Shown: positions 23,732 through 46,439, counted from the stretch's first letter. The stretch: DNA of 64,000 nt from the human T2T-CHM13v2.0 reference genome, Homo sapiens (GCF_009914755.1 NC_060925.1), one strand, 5' to 3'. Notes: a model not told the origin generated them from the letters alone. Numbers and translations are program-made.

Positions 23732-24402
23732 GTATGGTGTTTTATGTATCTATTGCTATCTTTCATTCAACAAATGGAATATTGAGTGATTATCATTTTC
23801 ATGGTTTTATGTTAGAATCTCTGAAGAATACAAATATTATTAGACTAGAAAAAATGTGTGCATAAAAATTACATAGAATGAAATAAAAATGGCCCAATCT
23901 CCTTCCAAATGCAGGATTTCTTTCTCAAATTTCCCTTCTAGACAGCCCTCTTACTCACATGTGGATATTTCCACAAAGGAGCTTATTAGTTTGAGTTGGC
24001 ATGTTCTATTGTCAAACTATTATAACTGTTATATAATTACCTGTCAAACATTTGGATGCAATTCTATTTCACAAACCACTTGTTGATAGTTACTTTGTGC
24101 CGGGCACATAGTAACTATGTGGGCCATTGGCAAGAGTATGATTTTATTCATTATATTCAAACTTTACTGAAAAAAGTAGGCTTTATCTAAAAAAGAACAA
24201 AAGATTGGTTGAGTAGCTAGAGAATGGGGTTCAGATTCTACAGTGCCTAGTGTTATTTCTAATCTTACCTTTGAAAAATACTGTAGCTTTATAATCTCTC
24301 GGTTCTCTACTTTAAAGTAGGAGAGCTAATTATATTTGCTCTTTAGACACTTAGAGAAGCTTCCAGGCTGACTCTAGTCTTGTGTCATGGTGCTGAACAT
24401 CA

Positions 24403-24701
<299 letters not shown>

Positions 24702-24882
24702 GCCTAACAGAAACACACTGTAATAGGCTAGTTTATGAAAAGATACATCTAGTCCTAAAACTGTTTTCAATGGAATCATTTAGTTAATAGAAATGATAAA
24801 TTTAAAATGCAATAGCATATTCTTCTGAATCTCTTGATTTAATGTTTTACGTGTAATTTATTATTTTTCCATTTATTTCTAG

Positions 24883-25179
24883 GAATTACAAATATAAACT
24901 GCTCTGGCCACATCTGGGTAGAACCAGCCACAATTTTTAAGATGGGTATGAATATCTCTATATATTGCCAAGCAGCAATTAAGAACTGCCAACCAAGGAA
25001 ACTTCATTTTTATAAAAATGGCATCAAAGAAAGATTTCAAATCACAAGGATTAATAAAACAACAGCTCGGCTTTGGTATAAAAACTTTCTGGAACCACAT
25101 GCTTCTATGTACTGCACTGCTGAATGTCCCAAACATTTTCAAGAGACACTGATATGTGGAAAAGACATTTCTTCTGGAT
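24883..25179 (+). CDS. IL23R: IL23R exon 3 (Ig-like D1: GITNINCSGHIWVEP...CGKDISSG)
   Basis: tttctAG acceptor, 297 nt, donor T|GTAAGT; overlaps ORF 24942-25250. Confidence 0.97.
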
Positions 25180-26819
25180 GTAAGTGTTGGGGCACATTTG
25201 AAATGCAAACAAAAGCTAGTTTAACAATTAACTGGTCATTACCACACTAGTCTAAAAATAGGGACAAAATAATATAGTTCAGTTTTTAGATTAGTTTCAT
25301 ACAGGAGCTGCAAACTCAAATGTCTCCAGGGCCAGGTTGGTGAACTATATGAACTGTAGCCACTGCCCAGATCCAGTAATCACAGGTGCCCGGTATTCCT
25401 ACATCTTTTGGCTTTTCAAAGGAAGACAGAAACATAAAATTTTAATGTGTACTCTCTAAATTTTAAAATGTTGCCAATACATTCAAAAAACAATTTTTCA
25501 CCTCTACCCTGAACGAACACTGCATATGTGAGGGCCAGCCCCGTTAGATTTAAAATGTTGCTCTTTTAATCTTCTTGTTTATTTTTCTAAACTAATATAA
25601 TATAATTAACCTTGAAGCAGATCCCATTGAGAAATTTTGAGGCCAAGGTTTAGGGAGAGTTGCAAAACTAGTTTTGTGCTCCCACTGTACTGCTAGGTTT
25701 GTGACCTTGGACAAGTTGCTTAAGCCTCAATTCCTCGCCTGTAAAAGGAGGCTAATTATACAGGCTGTGTTATGCACTTAATTTCAATAATTTATTTGGA
25801 AGCATATGATAAAGTTTAAAGTACATCAGTACCCAAATCCTTAAAAATGCATCCTTTTGATAAAACATAGGGAGAGTCTCCTACAGTCCTCTGTTCCTAA
25901 TCTCACTATTCCAATTTAGAATCACTGTGTTTGTTATTGTAACTATTAATTTTTTTCTTTTTCTTAAAACCCACCTTGAAGGGAATAATTATTAATTTAT
26001 TTAAAAGCTTAGTCAAGTCAATCTTAAAAATATACGCTAAATTCAATGTGTGCTCTGAGTGTCCTGGAGGTGTTTAAATCACTATAGTGATATGGGCTGG
26101 CTCGTATAATTATATACCTAGTTTGGGTTCTACTATTATGAAGGGTGTAAATCAATAAGTTCAGCACTGTTTTAACTCAGATATTCATTCTCTATAGCAC
26201 TTGAACCCATTTTCAGTAAAAAAATAAAGGAATTTGTGTCTTTGCCATGTTCCCGTCCTCCACATTTTTGAGAATCAAGCCTCAGTTCTTGCTTCTTCTT
26301 CACCTTTACAACTTAGCTGGGGGGCAGACCCATATCACCACTACCACCTGACCCCATTGTGGCTGCTTGGAAAGTAAGAGGCTTCCTTGCTCTATAATGA
26401 GGCCATTGTCCTACTTAACTCTGAGCAGCTGATCTTGCAAGCTTTTCAAGAGAAGGAACTATAGAAAGTTGTAGAGGTGAGTTGAGGAAGGAAAGTCATA
26501 GGTTTTGGAGTCAAAGAATAAATCTACCTTAAACTGATGCCTTAAAGCTGCTAAACTTGCCCTAAATTGTGGAAATTAAACCGCAGGCAGACATCTTATC
26601 TGATGTAAGAAATCTTCTTAGCTTGTCCACATCCTCAGGAAACATAACCAAACCTCAATGCCCAAATACTTTACTATTTATCCTTTGGGGGTGGGAGTTG
26701 GGTAGAGAGACTATACAATTTCTTTGGAGGGCAAATAAGCAACTTTCACAGTTACAGAAAAAGCTTAGTTGTTAATTTAAGCCAGAGGAAAAAAAAGGAA
26801 GCAAAATAAACATTGTCTC

Positions 26820-27353
26820 TGTTAAAAAACAAAATTTCAGCAAATTTAGTTTTTAGATCTGATAGGTTTTTATGTGTGATTCATGAATCGGCAGCATCTC
26901 TTTCTAAAAAACTGATATGTGCTCTGAGTGTCCTGGAGGTGTTTAAGTTACTATAGTGATATGGGCTGGCTTGTATAATTATATACTTAGTTTTGGCTCT
27001 ACTATTCTAACAGAACAGTTGGTTTTTGTAAGGTAGGAACAAGAAATAGAAATTTTTATAAAAACTACCAGATTGGTTAACATTGTTACTTCAGGTTATT
27101 TTCCTTGTAATGGTTAAAGCAGAGGGGATTTCCTTATCATCCCTGCTCAGGTTGACTGGGCTCTTTCTACGTGGTTGCTGTGAATTTTCTGTTTTCAGGA
27201 AAAACTAGTCTGTGGGAGTTTTACCTGCTTCCTTAAAGTTTCAGCTTGGTTATATGTCACTTAACAGGAGTGACTTCATTTTGGTTTGGTATGTGGGGGC
27301 CTAGTGCAGGAGCTCAGTCCAAAACAATGGTCTCCTATACATTTTATTTAACA
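26820..27353 (-). mobile_element. ERV1 MER4-group solo LTR (MER31-like)
   Basis: TGTTAAA...TTTAACA termini; minus strand GGAGACCATTGTTTTGGACTGAGCTCCTGCACTAGGCCCC. Confidence 0.6.
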
Positions 27354-27699
27354 CCACCTTCCGTGTGTTGCAGTTTGTATAACTGATTACTCCCAAAAGC
27401 CCTCCCAAGTGTTGGCTGGGGGGCCTCTGTCCCCAAACCCAACACCAGGCAATGTAGAAGGTAAGAGAATGGACTTTGTTCCTCTTCCAGGACAGCCTAA
27501 TAGAAATACATTCTCTGCCGATGGCTGCTTAGAAAGAACATCACTCTTTCCACTTATTTAACTTTTGAGTTTGTGAATTGTAACTCCTTACATAGGCCTC
27601 TGGTTATGAGTGTAAAAATGTAACTGCCAGGTGAGAATTTACTCAAACCCCTGGATTCAAGCTGAATGTCTTCTTGAGCTCTACATTCTTAGCAAACAA

Positions 27700-27925
27700 A
27701 ACTTCCTATTTAAGTAGGTCAAAAAAGGGTTTTTGAGGGTTTTGTGGCATTCTAGAAATCACATTGCTTTCACTGGACCACTTTGATCACAGGATATTTG
27801 TCATGTGAGATTTATTATGTCAACTTATCATCACTGCTTTGAACAAAATGATTATATGTATTTTTTTAGACTAGAGACAAATTGTAAAAGACAAGATAAA
27901 TGAGTCATTGCTTTCCTTGAAAAGC
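27700..27925. promoter_or_regulatory. Candidate intronic Th17 enhancer (RORE, GATA, AP-1, STAT motifs)
   Basis: TAAGTAGGTCA 27711-21; AGATAA 27894-99; TGAGTCA 27901-07; TTCCTTGAA 27913-21. Confidence 0.45.
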
Positions 27926-30859
27926 TATCCAAATATATTTTAAAGTGCTGTGCTTTAATGTATAATTTGTGAAATATAAACCATATTATCACAATTTCCA
28001 TTTTTAGCCACAATCCTAGACACTTCTTAGATTCTTATCTAAGACTAAATGCACACATATTATGGGAAATTTGTTCTAATCAGGCCACACCAATCATGGG
28101 ATAAAATACAAGATGTCTTTATTCATTTAAAAATACCAAATTAAACCATGCACAGTCATGTTTCCACTTAATCATTTGTTTAAAATTTTAAATATCTTTG
28201 ACTTTTTAAATTTTAACTTTTGGACTTTATTTACAATGATGAAAGCACATTTGTTATTCAATAAAAGCCTCTGAATATTTGTTTCTAACATTGCTATTAA
28301 GTATGATTACGGAACAATTAGGCTGGCCTGTGCCCTGCTTGAGTAAGAAATTATAGAGTGATCTTTGCCAGAAGCATTGCATCTCTCTCCATTTTAATCC
28401 TTCATGTTATTATCTTAATCAAGCCAATCAATTCATGGAATAAACTTTATTGAGTGGTTACTATGCACCAAAAATGTGTTAAATGCTAGAAGTACAAAGA
28501 AGAGGAAATCACGGACTGTTTTCAAGAAGTTCTCAGTAGAAAGGGATCCTTGGCTAGACTCTGAATTAACAAGAAACCTGGCCTGTGATTCCTGAGTGTC
28601 CCAATAATAGGGGAGGGGTGGGATTGGCAAGAAAGAGCAAAAACATAAGCCCCCTTTTGTATACCTCAGAGTATTCTCTAGTATCTAGTTGTATAGCCAG
28701 GTTTTGTTCTTGGATATTGAATAACCTGGCAATGAGGCCTAACAACAACTTGATGTTATTATCATAAGCATACTCACAGGCCCATCTTTACATTGCTTCA
28801 TGTTAACAAACACTTATTTGCATGTGTGTGTATAGTCATCTTTTTGATCTTTTGCAAAGTTAATTGACCACCAGACATTTGTAACCCCAAGAATTCACTT
28901 CATGTAGATGCCGTGGAGTAACACAGCCCAAACAATCTGATAGCCAAATCAATGGCACTCTGTATCTGAAACCAGAGGAAAAAATAACTTCAGCACAAAT
29001 CATTGTAATCAATGAGGGACCACAACTCAAACTCCAAAATGATTTAAATTTATGTTTCCACACCTACTTCATTTAAGGCTCAATTAAAACAAAGATTTAT
29101 TTTACCCTACTTGGAGCCCAGTTTCTCTCCATTGTAACTCAATGCTACAAGTCGCCAAAATGTTGTAAAGTACTTTTTAGTGTGTTCTTACTGTTTGAAT
29201 ATAGGTTTTTTTAAAAGGATATTAGACCTTCGATATATGAAAATAGTTTTTTAATTATAAAATCAAATTGCATTGAATATAGAGAGTTTTTAAAATGTAG
29301 ACCAGCAAAAAAGAAATACCTATCATTCCCATAAAACCATAACTTTACTAGTAACCATAATCCCTCTTTAATAATTTGGAATATGTCTTTGAAATTTCAG
29401 ACCCTCTCTTTCTCAGTCTCTCACTTAAATGAAACCACTAATTGAACCATTTTGCAACCTGCTTTTTTCACTTTGCCATATGATCATGACTTCACTACAT
29501 ATACTTTTAATTCCTTCCAAAGGCCAAGTACTTAAACTGTCTTCTTCAACATTGCTTTTGGATGTGTTTAGGACTGTATTATAGTTTATTTAACCTTATT
29601 TTGGAAAATTAAGTTTGTTTACAATTTTTTCATTGTTATGAACAATAAGGGAACATCCTTTAAGCCAAATATTTTATATATCTATGAACATTTCAATAAG
29701 GATGCATTCTTAGATGTATAATTGCTGAGTTGCAAAATATTACACCTGCTTTTACAGATTGTGATATGTAAAGTGCTCTCCATAAAGGCTGTACCAATTT
29801 GTACTTCCACCAGAAGTGTGTTAGAGGATTTCCATGAGTCCACTCCAACACTGTGTACTATCATTTTTCAAAATCCTTGCTAATTTGATAGGCTTGAATG
29901 ACATCTAGTATTGCCTTGATTTGCAGTGAGAATAAAATTTTTAATATATTTGTTTATTGTTCTACAAGCAATATTTTTGGTAAGCAATTTGCAGGTGAAG
30001 TGAAAGCATATATGTACTTAAGATAAATCTTTGGATGTAACTTCAGACGCATAAATGTCTGTATTTTCATTCTTTATGAGCCCCTATCCTTCCATTTGTC
30101 TTGTCATTCTCTGAGCAGTCAAGTGTCCCAGCAGTATTTCACACGTAGGGATGAACTAAGAGAGCCACACCTGAAAAGTGAATATTTAACAAACACTCAA
30201 TATTTCTATACTTAAAAAAATCTTAATCTTATTCACTATTGAATGATATAACTGAAAATTCTAGGTGTCATTCTATAGTTGTTGGGGTTTCATAGGCTTT
30301 AGAGGCCCCCAAAACTCAATGTCATCAGAACTCTCTCATCTTTTCCAGTCTGCTAGGTATTGTTTTCCCCTGTGTTGGCTTCATTCTTAAATAGACTAAA
30401 GACTGTGAAAAAGCCTGTTTCACAATGACAGCAAGATGGCCACCAGCAACTTACAGCTCACATGCTACTCAGAGATAGCAGTTTCAGGAGGAAAGAGTGT
30501 GCTTCTTTTACAGTGGTTTAGAAAAAGTGCCTTGGAGAATTCTGATTGGTTCATCTTGAGTCATATGTTCATTCCCAAAGGCACACTCCTATTAGTCGGC
30601 CTACCTCAGAGGCACACTTCTGTGGAGAGCCTCTTGATTGACAGGTCTTGGGGTTGGGGTGGGGGTGAGATTGGAGTGAGGGGCTGGAGGGGATGTCAGT
30701 TCTCAAGAGGGAAAGACGCTAGCCAATGAAAAATAAAAATGTTTGCCATAACATGGCCACCTGGAGAAAGAGCTGGGCAGGAATGGGGGTGGGATGAGTT
30801 GAGTGGAGTGACAGGAAAAGAGCCTTGAAATAGAGTTGCATGAATACCAAACTTTAAAA

Positions 30860-31250
30860 AAACCTTGTTGTGTTGGTGGTAAAATACATAACATAAAATG
30901 TACCATTTTTACCATGGTTAAGTGTGCAGTTCAGTGGCACTAAGTACACTTACACTGTTGTACAACCATCACCACCATTTATCTCCAGAACCCTCTTATT
31001 GCAAATGGAAAGTCTGCAGCCTTTAAACAAATATCCACTTCCCTCTCCTCCAAGCCCCAGCAACTGCCATTCTACTTTCTACAAGTTTGACTCTTCCAGA
31101 TACCTTGTGTAAGGGGTCATGCAATGTTTTTCCTTTAGGGTCTGTCTTACTTCGCTTAATATAATGTCTTCAAGTTTCATCCACATTGTAGCATGTGTTA
31201 AAATTTCCTTCCTTTTTAAGGCTGAGTAATATCTTATTGCATGTATGAAC
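30860..31250 (-). mobile_element. L1M 3' end fragment
   Basis: YYSALKRKEILTHATMWMKLEDIILSE remnant. Confidence 0.7.
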
Positions 31251-31988
31251 ACCCAACTTTTAAAATGAGTAGTGGAAAATGTGCAAGAGAAGAAGATAGT
31301 CTGCCAGAGTAGTAGAAGAAAACTACAAAGAACCCATTCGCAAGAGCCAAAGGCAAAGAGGTTTCTTTTCTTGTCTCGTTTTTGAGACAAGGTCTCACTG
31401 TGTCACCCAGGCTGGAGTGCAGTGTCTTGGTCATAGCTCACTGCAGCCTCAAACTCCTAGGCTCCAGGAATCCTTCCAGCCTCAGCCTCCCAAGTAGCTG
31501 AGACTACAGATATGAGCCACCACACCCAGCTTTAAAACAGAGAGCTTTCAAGGAGGGAGTGAGCAAAATATCAAATGCTGCTCAATGACATCAAACTCAA
31601 ACTCAATGACAAATGACCAGAGATGGGGTCTGTTGAAGAGAAAGTCATCAATGACCTTAGCAACAATGGTTTTGGTGGAATTGTGGAGGCTGAATCCTGA
31701 TTGTTTTGGGTTTAAATGCATATGGGAAATGAAGAATAATAGGCTCTTTAAAAGTGTTTAGCTGTTAAGAAAAAAAGAAAGATACAGGAGTAGCTGGGGG
31801 AGACTGAATTTAGGATAATATAGTCAAGTATAAGAAGAAGAGGAATGGATATTTGATGGTAAAGTGGGTTGCAAGGTAAGGTAGTAGGGATGGAATGAGG
31901 AGCAGGGAGGTGCTGAGTACTGATTGGCCTGACTTCTCAAATAAAATTGTCAGTTTCTCAACGGACTATAGAGAACTTCATATTTCTT

Positions 31989-38324
<6,336 letters not shown>

Positions 38325-38376
38325 AGAGAACTTCGTATTTCTTACAGCACCTCCTAAGTGTTATGTTTTGTTGCAG

Positions 38377-38500
38377 ATCCGCCAGATATTCCTGATGAAG
38401 TAACCTGTGTCATTTATGAATATTCAGGCAACATGACTTGCACCTGGAATGCTGGGAAGCTCACCTACATAGACACAAAATACGTGGTACATGTGAAGAG
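38377..38500 (+). CDS. IL23R: IL23R exon 4 (YPPDIPDEVTCVIYEYSGNMTCTWNAGKLTYIDTKYVVHVK)
   Basis: ttgcAG acceptor, 124 nt, donor AG|GTAGGT; cytokine-receptor C-x10-C-x-W motif; phase fits exon 3. Confidence 0.97.
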
Positions 38501-38730
38501 GTAGGTCACTTCCTCACGGCTTCATATAAGCAGTTCCACCCCAGTTCAGCCAGAGCTCTGCCTCCAGCAGAGATCCAAGAAATCAGCCTCAAACATTAAA
38601 TATATACCCTGATTTATCCCTTATTTCCTACTTATGATCAGTGAAACTACCAAAGCCCTTTTCAAGCCATTAATATTTTCACTCTGGCAGGCAAAGTGCT
38701 CTATGATCTTTCTGTCCTTTTTATTCATTA

Positions 38731-39105
<375 letters not shown>

Positions 39106-39492
39106 TTAAATCCCTGCTCTATTCTTCTTCTAGGGTTTCAACAACTTAATTTCCCCGAATTGCTATTATTTTTAATCTTTAAATGGGCCTAAAAATAAAA
39201 CATAACACACAGGTTTGTTCTAATTAATTATGTGGAATTTGGCTTTTAAAGTGTATATAATTATGCCATATTACCACTAAATTCATGGAAGCTATTGTTA
39301 ATAATGACCCTCAGATCTTAAATTTAGTGTCTACATAGCTGATCAACTTTCCTGTTTGCCTTATACTAAGGGGGTTTTCAGGACAAAGGATTTTCAGTTT
39401 TAAAACCTGGAAAGTTGTGGGCAAACTAGGACAAGTTGCTTACCTTATCCGTGTTTCTTGTTTTGTTTAGTTTATTAAAAAATAAAATTCCA

Positions 39493-40140
39493 GGCCAGGC
39501 ATAGTGGCTCATGCCTGTAATCCCAGCACTTTGGGAGACTGAGGCTGGTGGATCACCCGAGGTCAGGAGTTCAAGATCAGCCTGGCCAACATGGTGAAAC
39601 CCCATCTCTACTAAAAATACAAAAATTAGCTGGGCGTGGTGGTGGGCGCCTGTAATCCCAGCTACTCAGGAGGCTGAAGCAGGGAGAATTGCTTGAACCC
39701 AGGAGGCAGAGGTTGCAGTGAGCTGAGATCACGCCACTGCACTCCAGCCTGGGCGAAAGAGCGAGACTCCATCTCAAAAATAATAATAAATAAAATAAGA
39801 TGCCGGCTGGGCGCGGTGGCTCCCGCCTGTAATCCCAGCACTTTGGGAGGCTGAGGTGGGTGCATCACCTGAGATCAGGAATTTGAAATGAGCCTGGCCA
39901 ACATGGTGAAACCCCGTCTCTACTAAAAATGCAAAAATTAGCCAGGTGTGGTGGCACACACTTGTAATCCCAGCTACTGGGGAGGCCGAGACAGGAGAAT
40001 TGCTTGAACTCAGGAGACAGGAGCTTGCAGTGAGCCAAGATCGTGCCATTGCACTCCAGCCTGGGCAACAAGAGGGAAACTCTGTCTCAAAAAATAAATA
40101 AAATAAAATAAATAAAATAAAATAAAATAAAATAAAATAA
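39493..40140 (+). mobile_element. Two tandem Alus, the second with an (AAAAT)n tail
   Basis: Consensus at 39493-39800 and 39805-40140. Confidence 0.9.
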
Positions 40141-40331
40141 AATAAAATAAAATAAAATAAGCCTTCTGTGGTGTTGTTGAAGTATGCTTTTTTTTTTCTG
40201 TCACTAATTCTTAAAAATTTCACAAACCATTTTGTAAAGCATTTATTGGACCCTTACTGTTTGCCAAGCACTGGGCCAAGAGCTTTATAAATGCTGCCTC
40301 ATTTAATACCCTATACAACCATGTGAAGCCC

Positions 40332-40694
40332 TGGGATCATACAAATGCTTATATCCTCCTAAAATTCATATGTTGAAACAAACCCCCAATGCAATAGTAA
40401 CAAGAGTTGGGGCCTTTGAAGTGAGATTAGGTCATGAGGGTAAAGCCCTCATGGATGGAATTATTGCCCTTCCATAAGAGGCCTGAAAGAGAGCTTGTTT
40501 GCCCTTCTACCCTGTGAGGACACAACCAGAAGGTGCTGTCTGTAAAGCAGAGAGTGAGCCCTCACCAGACACTGAATCTGCTGATGCCTTGATCTTGGAC
40601 TTCCAAGCCTCCAGAACTGTAAACAATAAATTTCTGTTGTTTATAAATTGCCTAGTCTAAGGTATTTGTATGGCAGCTCAAAGAGACTAAGACA
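40332..40694 (+). mobile_element. MaLR MLT1A/B LTR inside a MIR
   Basis: AAAATTCATATGTTGAA...CAGAACTGT...AATAAATTTCTGTTGTTT...ACTAAGACA. Confidence 0.75.
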
Positions 40695-41869
40695 GCTGCA
40701 TACAATTATTTTTCCCATTTGTATAGACAAGGGAACTGAGACTTAGTGAGGTCAGGTAATGAATGTATCCAGGACCACACAGCTGCAGAGAAGGAGAGGT
40801 GGAATTTGAACATAGGTTGCCTGACTGTCTTCTCAACTTATTTTCTGCTGAAGGTGTGTGGAGGACCAGATCGCAGGGCATATTTAAGATATTCTACTCA
40901 GTTCTCATCATTATGGAAGGGAATAACCTTCTTTTTAAAAAAAATCTTTTTATTTATTTATAGGGTTTTTGTTTTGTTTTGTTTTCGTTTTTGTTTTTGT
41001 TTTTGAGCCACGGTCTCTGTCGCCCAGGCTGGAGTGCAGTGGCACAATCTCAGCTCACTGCAACCTCTGCCTCCTGGGTTTCAAGCAATTCTCCCAGCCA
41101 CCAAGCCTGATCTCTATGGAAGAGAATAACCTAATCTTGCTCTCTCTCTCCACTTTTTGGATACTCAGAATAATTTTGATTAAGTGAAACCTAAAAAGAA
41201 ACACCTCATCAGTCAAGAAAGTCCACGTAGAAACTAGACAGATTTTATGAACACATTGCCAGGCCTAGAGTTACCAGCTACATGCCATTGGCAAGAGGCG
41301 TACACCTTTCATTCTGAACAGGAGTTAAACAGAGGCATATTCTGGTACCAAAGAGGTGATGAAAACTCTGATATCAGGGATGGGTGGAATTGATTGAAGA
41401 GATGCAATATGCTAAGTACTGTGCTCTGTACTTCATGTGCATGACATCTTCAATTCTCAACTTAACCTTGTGAGGGAACTATCGTTATTGTTCCCATTTT
41501 ACAGATGGCGTGGGGAGCTCACATTACCTCTCCAAAGTCACTTGACTAAGAAGTAAAGGAGCAGGGATTCTAACAGGGATTTCTCTGGCTACACCACTGG
41601 AGACTAAACCTCTACCCCTTGCCTATAGGGTAAAGTAGAAAAGCCATGAGAGCAAGACAACTAGAGTCTCATTGCTAAGTCAACTTTAGGAATGTGAAGG
41701 TGAGGGCAGTATGGCAGCAAACTTTGCACTTCAAGCACACAGAAAAACCAGGCAGTGCCAGATTGACAGAGATAGCCTAGTGTCTTGAGGATCTTCACTA
41801 TCTCCCAGAACCTGGAAGGATCTCCTGAACTGCTTATCCTGGTTGTTTGGTTAATTCATTCTTTCTTTT

Positions 41870-42820
<951 letters not shown>

Positions 42821-43324
42821 GTTAATTCTTTCAAGCCTGACTTACCTGCCTTCTGAGGTTCCTGATAGTAAAACTGCATTGCAAATTCCAGACAGATGAA
42901 CCACAATTTGAAAAAATATATTTGTTGGATACAATTTTAAACTTGCTAACCCCCACCTAATTTCCTATTTAGTATCATAAAAATATTTTCTGAATATTTT
43001 ATATGACTATGTATTATATATTTCTTTTAAAATCCTTTAATGTGTTCAAAATTATGTATGTTTACATTTATTTACACATGACTTTTGAGGAACACATTCA
43101 CTTTATAAAGTAAGGAATATTTGTAGTAGTTATGAGTACTAAGATTGTTCTCAGTACTCAAAAAGTCACTCTGAAAGTATTAAGAATGAGTTTACTAAAG
43201 AGAATGCTTTCAGAAATATTCATTGGGAAGAGCATGGGCTTTAGAGTTTTAGATTTAATTTCCAGTTCTGAAACTTACCAGTCAGGTGTCTTTTATGATA
43301 CAAATATCAGAAAACTCAAGTGCT

Positions 43325-43640
<316 letters not shown>

Positions 43641-44136
43641 TTAAATAGACATGGACTTATTTATATCAGGTCATAATTATATGTAGTAACAGATGGCATG
43701 ATAATTCAGTAATACCCCAGGGATCTAGGCTCTTTTCCTCTTTCTACTCTGCCATCTTCAGTGTGTTGACCTTAATCTTCAGATGCTGTATCTCCAGGCT
43801 TCTTATCCAAGTTCCAGGCAGGAAAAGTGGTAAAGAGCAAAGGAGTTCCTCCTGTGGACTTCGACCTACACTGAGTTGGCCACAACAGTGTCACATGTCT
43901 ACTCTGTCTGGATGGGAACCTGGCAGAAGGGCATTGTAAATGGAGTTGGATACCGTCATCCAACAGTATCTGCCATAGTTGCTAGCTGTGTAATCTTAGA
44001 AGAGTTATTTAGCCTTGCTGAGCCTCAGCCTCCTGTGAAATGAGGATAATTAATGCCACAAAGCTTATAAAAAAGCAAATTATAGGAAGTGACTTGCATA
44101 TAGGAAATGCTTAGAATTAAGTACAACACAAAATGA

Positions 44137-44483
44137 TGTCTTAGTCCCTTCAGGTGACTATGACAAAGCACCTAGACTGCGTAATTTGTAAAAAACAGAA
44201 ATTCGTTGCTCACAGTTCTGGAGGCTAGGAAGTCCCAGATCAAGTGTCAACAGATTTTGAAGGTCTGTTCTTCATAGATGGTGACTTCTATATGTTCTCA
44301 CATAGTAGAAGGGGCCAGGCAGCTCCCTTCAACCTCTTTTATAGGGGCACTAAATTGATTCATGAGGGAAAAGCCCTCATGACTTAACCACTTTCTAAAG
44401 GCCCCACCTCTTAATACTATTACATTGGGGTTTAAGTTTCAACATGTAAATTTTGAGGGTACACTAATATTCAGACTATAGCA
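44137..44483 (-). mobile_element. MaLR MLT1 LTR
   Basis: TGTCTTAGTCC...CACAGTTCTGGAGGCT...ATTCAGACTATAGCA. Confidence 0.75.
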
Positions 44484-45166
44484 AAGGATATTATAATATT
44501 ATGGCCTAAGGGAAACCTGACCGATTTGATTGAGGGAAATATTAATGTAAAGCCATAAAAATTATTATTTATAGGATATTATAGATAATTTTATTCATAT
44601 ATTTTTAAGTAATACAATAATTTTGGAAAAATCTAGAAAGAGATGTTGCATGTGCTCTAATAGAAAGACTTATTTTTTGTATGTCAATAGTACATTTATT
44701 CATTCAAACTAGAATGTAGGCTTAATGTGGGCAAGAATTTTTGTTTGATTTTTTCATTGCTATGTTGATTGAATCTAGAATGGGGCCTGACACATAGTAA
44801 ATGCTCAATAAATATTTGTTGAGTAATTATTCTAGTTGATAACTAGAAATAGACATTTCCTGAATCTCCCCTTCACTGTCTAGTTAAGTAATAATATAAG
44901 GTCATATATATTTTATAAATTATTTTTCCCATCTTCTTTCTTAAAATCCAACAATAAACTATAACCAAACTCTGATAAACCTAACCAAGTTCTGAATTGA
45001 TGGAGGCCAGATTAATGGGATTTTATTACATTCTAAACAGGACATAAAAGATATAAAAGGTTAGAATAAAAGTGAATGTTCTCCTCTAGAAAAGTCAAAG
45101 GACTAACTTATAAATATAGACAGGTCAGAAAAGGAAACAAACACCTATTTATCTAATGATTAGTTA

Positions 45167-45492
<326 letters not shown>

Positions 45493-46439
45493 AGAGCAAG
45501 TCAATTTCCCTAACTACCAGAAAAAATCTTTCCCTCAAGGAGAAAGCTGACTTATAATGAATGTTGTGGTCGAGGTAGTATTATGTTTAAAGGAGCTCTT
45601 CTAAACGTTCAGTTATTAGGGTATTTTCCACATTGGTAACTAGGCAGAGATCAGCATGTGCAAGGTTTCACTTCTAACTCATGTGGTTCAGTTTTCCAGT
45701 AAAATCACATGTAGAGAGAAGCTTTTTACCTGAGACCACCTACTCATTTCTCCAGTTGCAGAAAGGCAGTGTTTCCCCTATGGCAACATAGGTGCCATCA
45801 CAGGCCTCCTCATGTTGGGGTGAAGTTGTAAAGTAGAATTTTGTCTGTTTTGCTTCAAGAGCTTTCTTTCTTCCCAGCTCCTTTGCGGTGGCCTCACCAG
45901 ACAGAGCCTCCTGGCTGTTCACATACCTTCTTTTACCTCCTGTATTTTGCTGTTTCAAAGGGTAATGATAGGGAAAAAAAAAAACCAAAAAAAAAACAAA
46001 ACCAGTGCTAATAACCATCTCCCTACTGTAGTCCCACTATCTTCAGCAATTTCATGTAAATATATTTTTTATTTATCTTGGAAACACTGGTAATGTCTGG
46101 CTCAGTGTATTCTACTCCATAAATATTTGTTGAATAAAAATGCATGAATGATAGCCCTGCATTCTGTTCCATTCAAGTCATCTTAGCAAATATTTATTTA
46201 GCATTTGATGGTTTCCTGGAATTGTATTAAACTGTAGATATTTAAAAAAAAGAGATCATCTCTGTGCATGACAAGCTCATAAACAGTTTAGAATAACATC
46301 AATGTTGGGATTTTCACGCACCGTAGAAGACCAATAAGGCAAATGTTTTCAGATGCAGTATCATGTTAGAGCCCTTAAATTCAGCGGCCTACTCTGCTAA
46401 TTCATAAGGCCTGTTTGTTTTTGCCACAGCTTCTCTACA

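Noticed and set aside
25180-25250. Exon 3 read-through giving a soluble D1-only protein
   Set aside because: Strong GTAAGT donor and no nearby canonical poly(A) signal seen
43133-43160. 12-bp stem hairpin TGAGTACTAAGA/TCTCAGTACTCA
   Set aside because: Too short for a pre-miRNA; plausible by chance in AT-rich DNA
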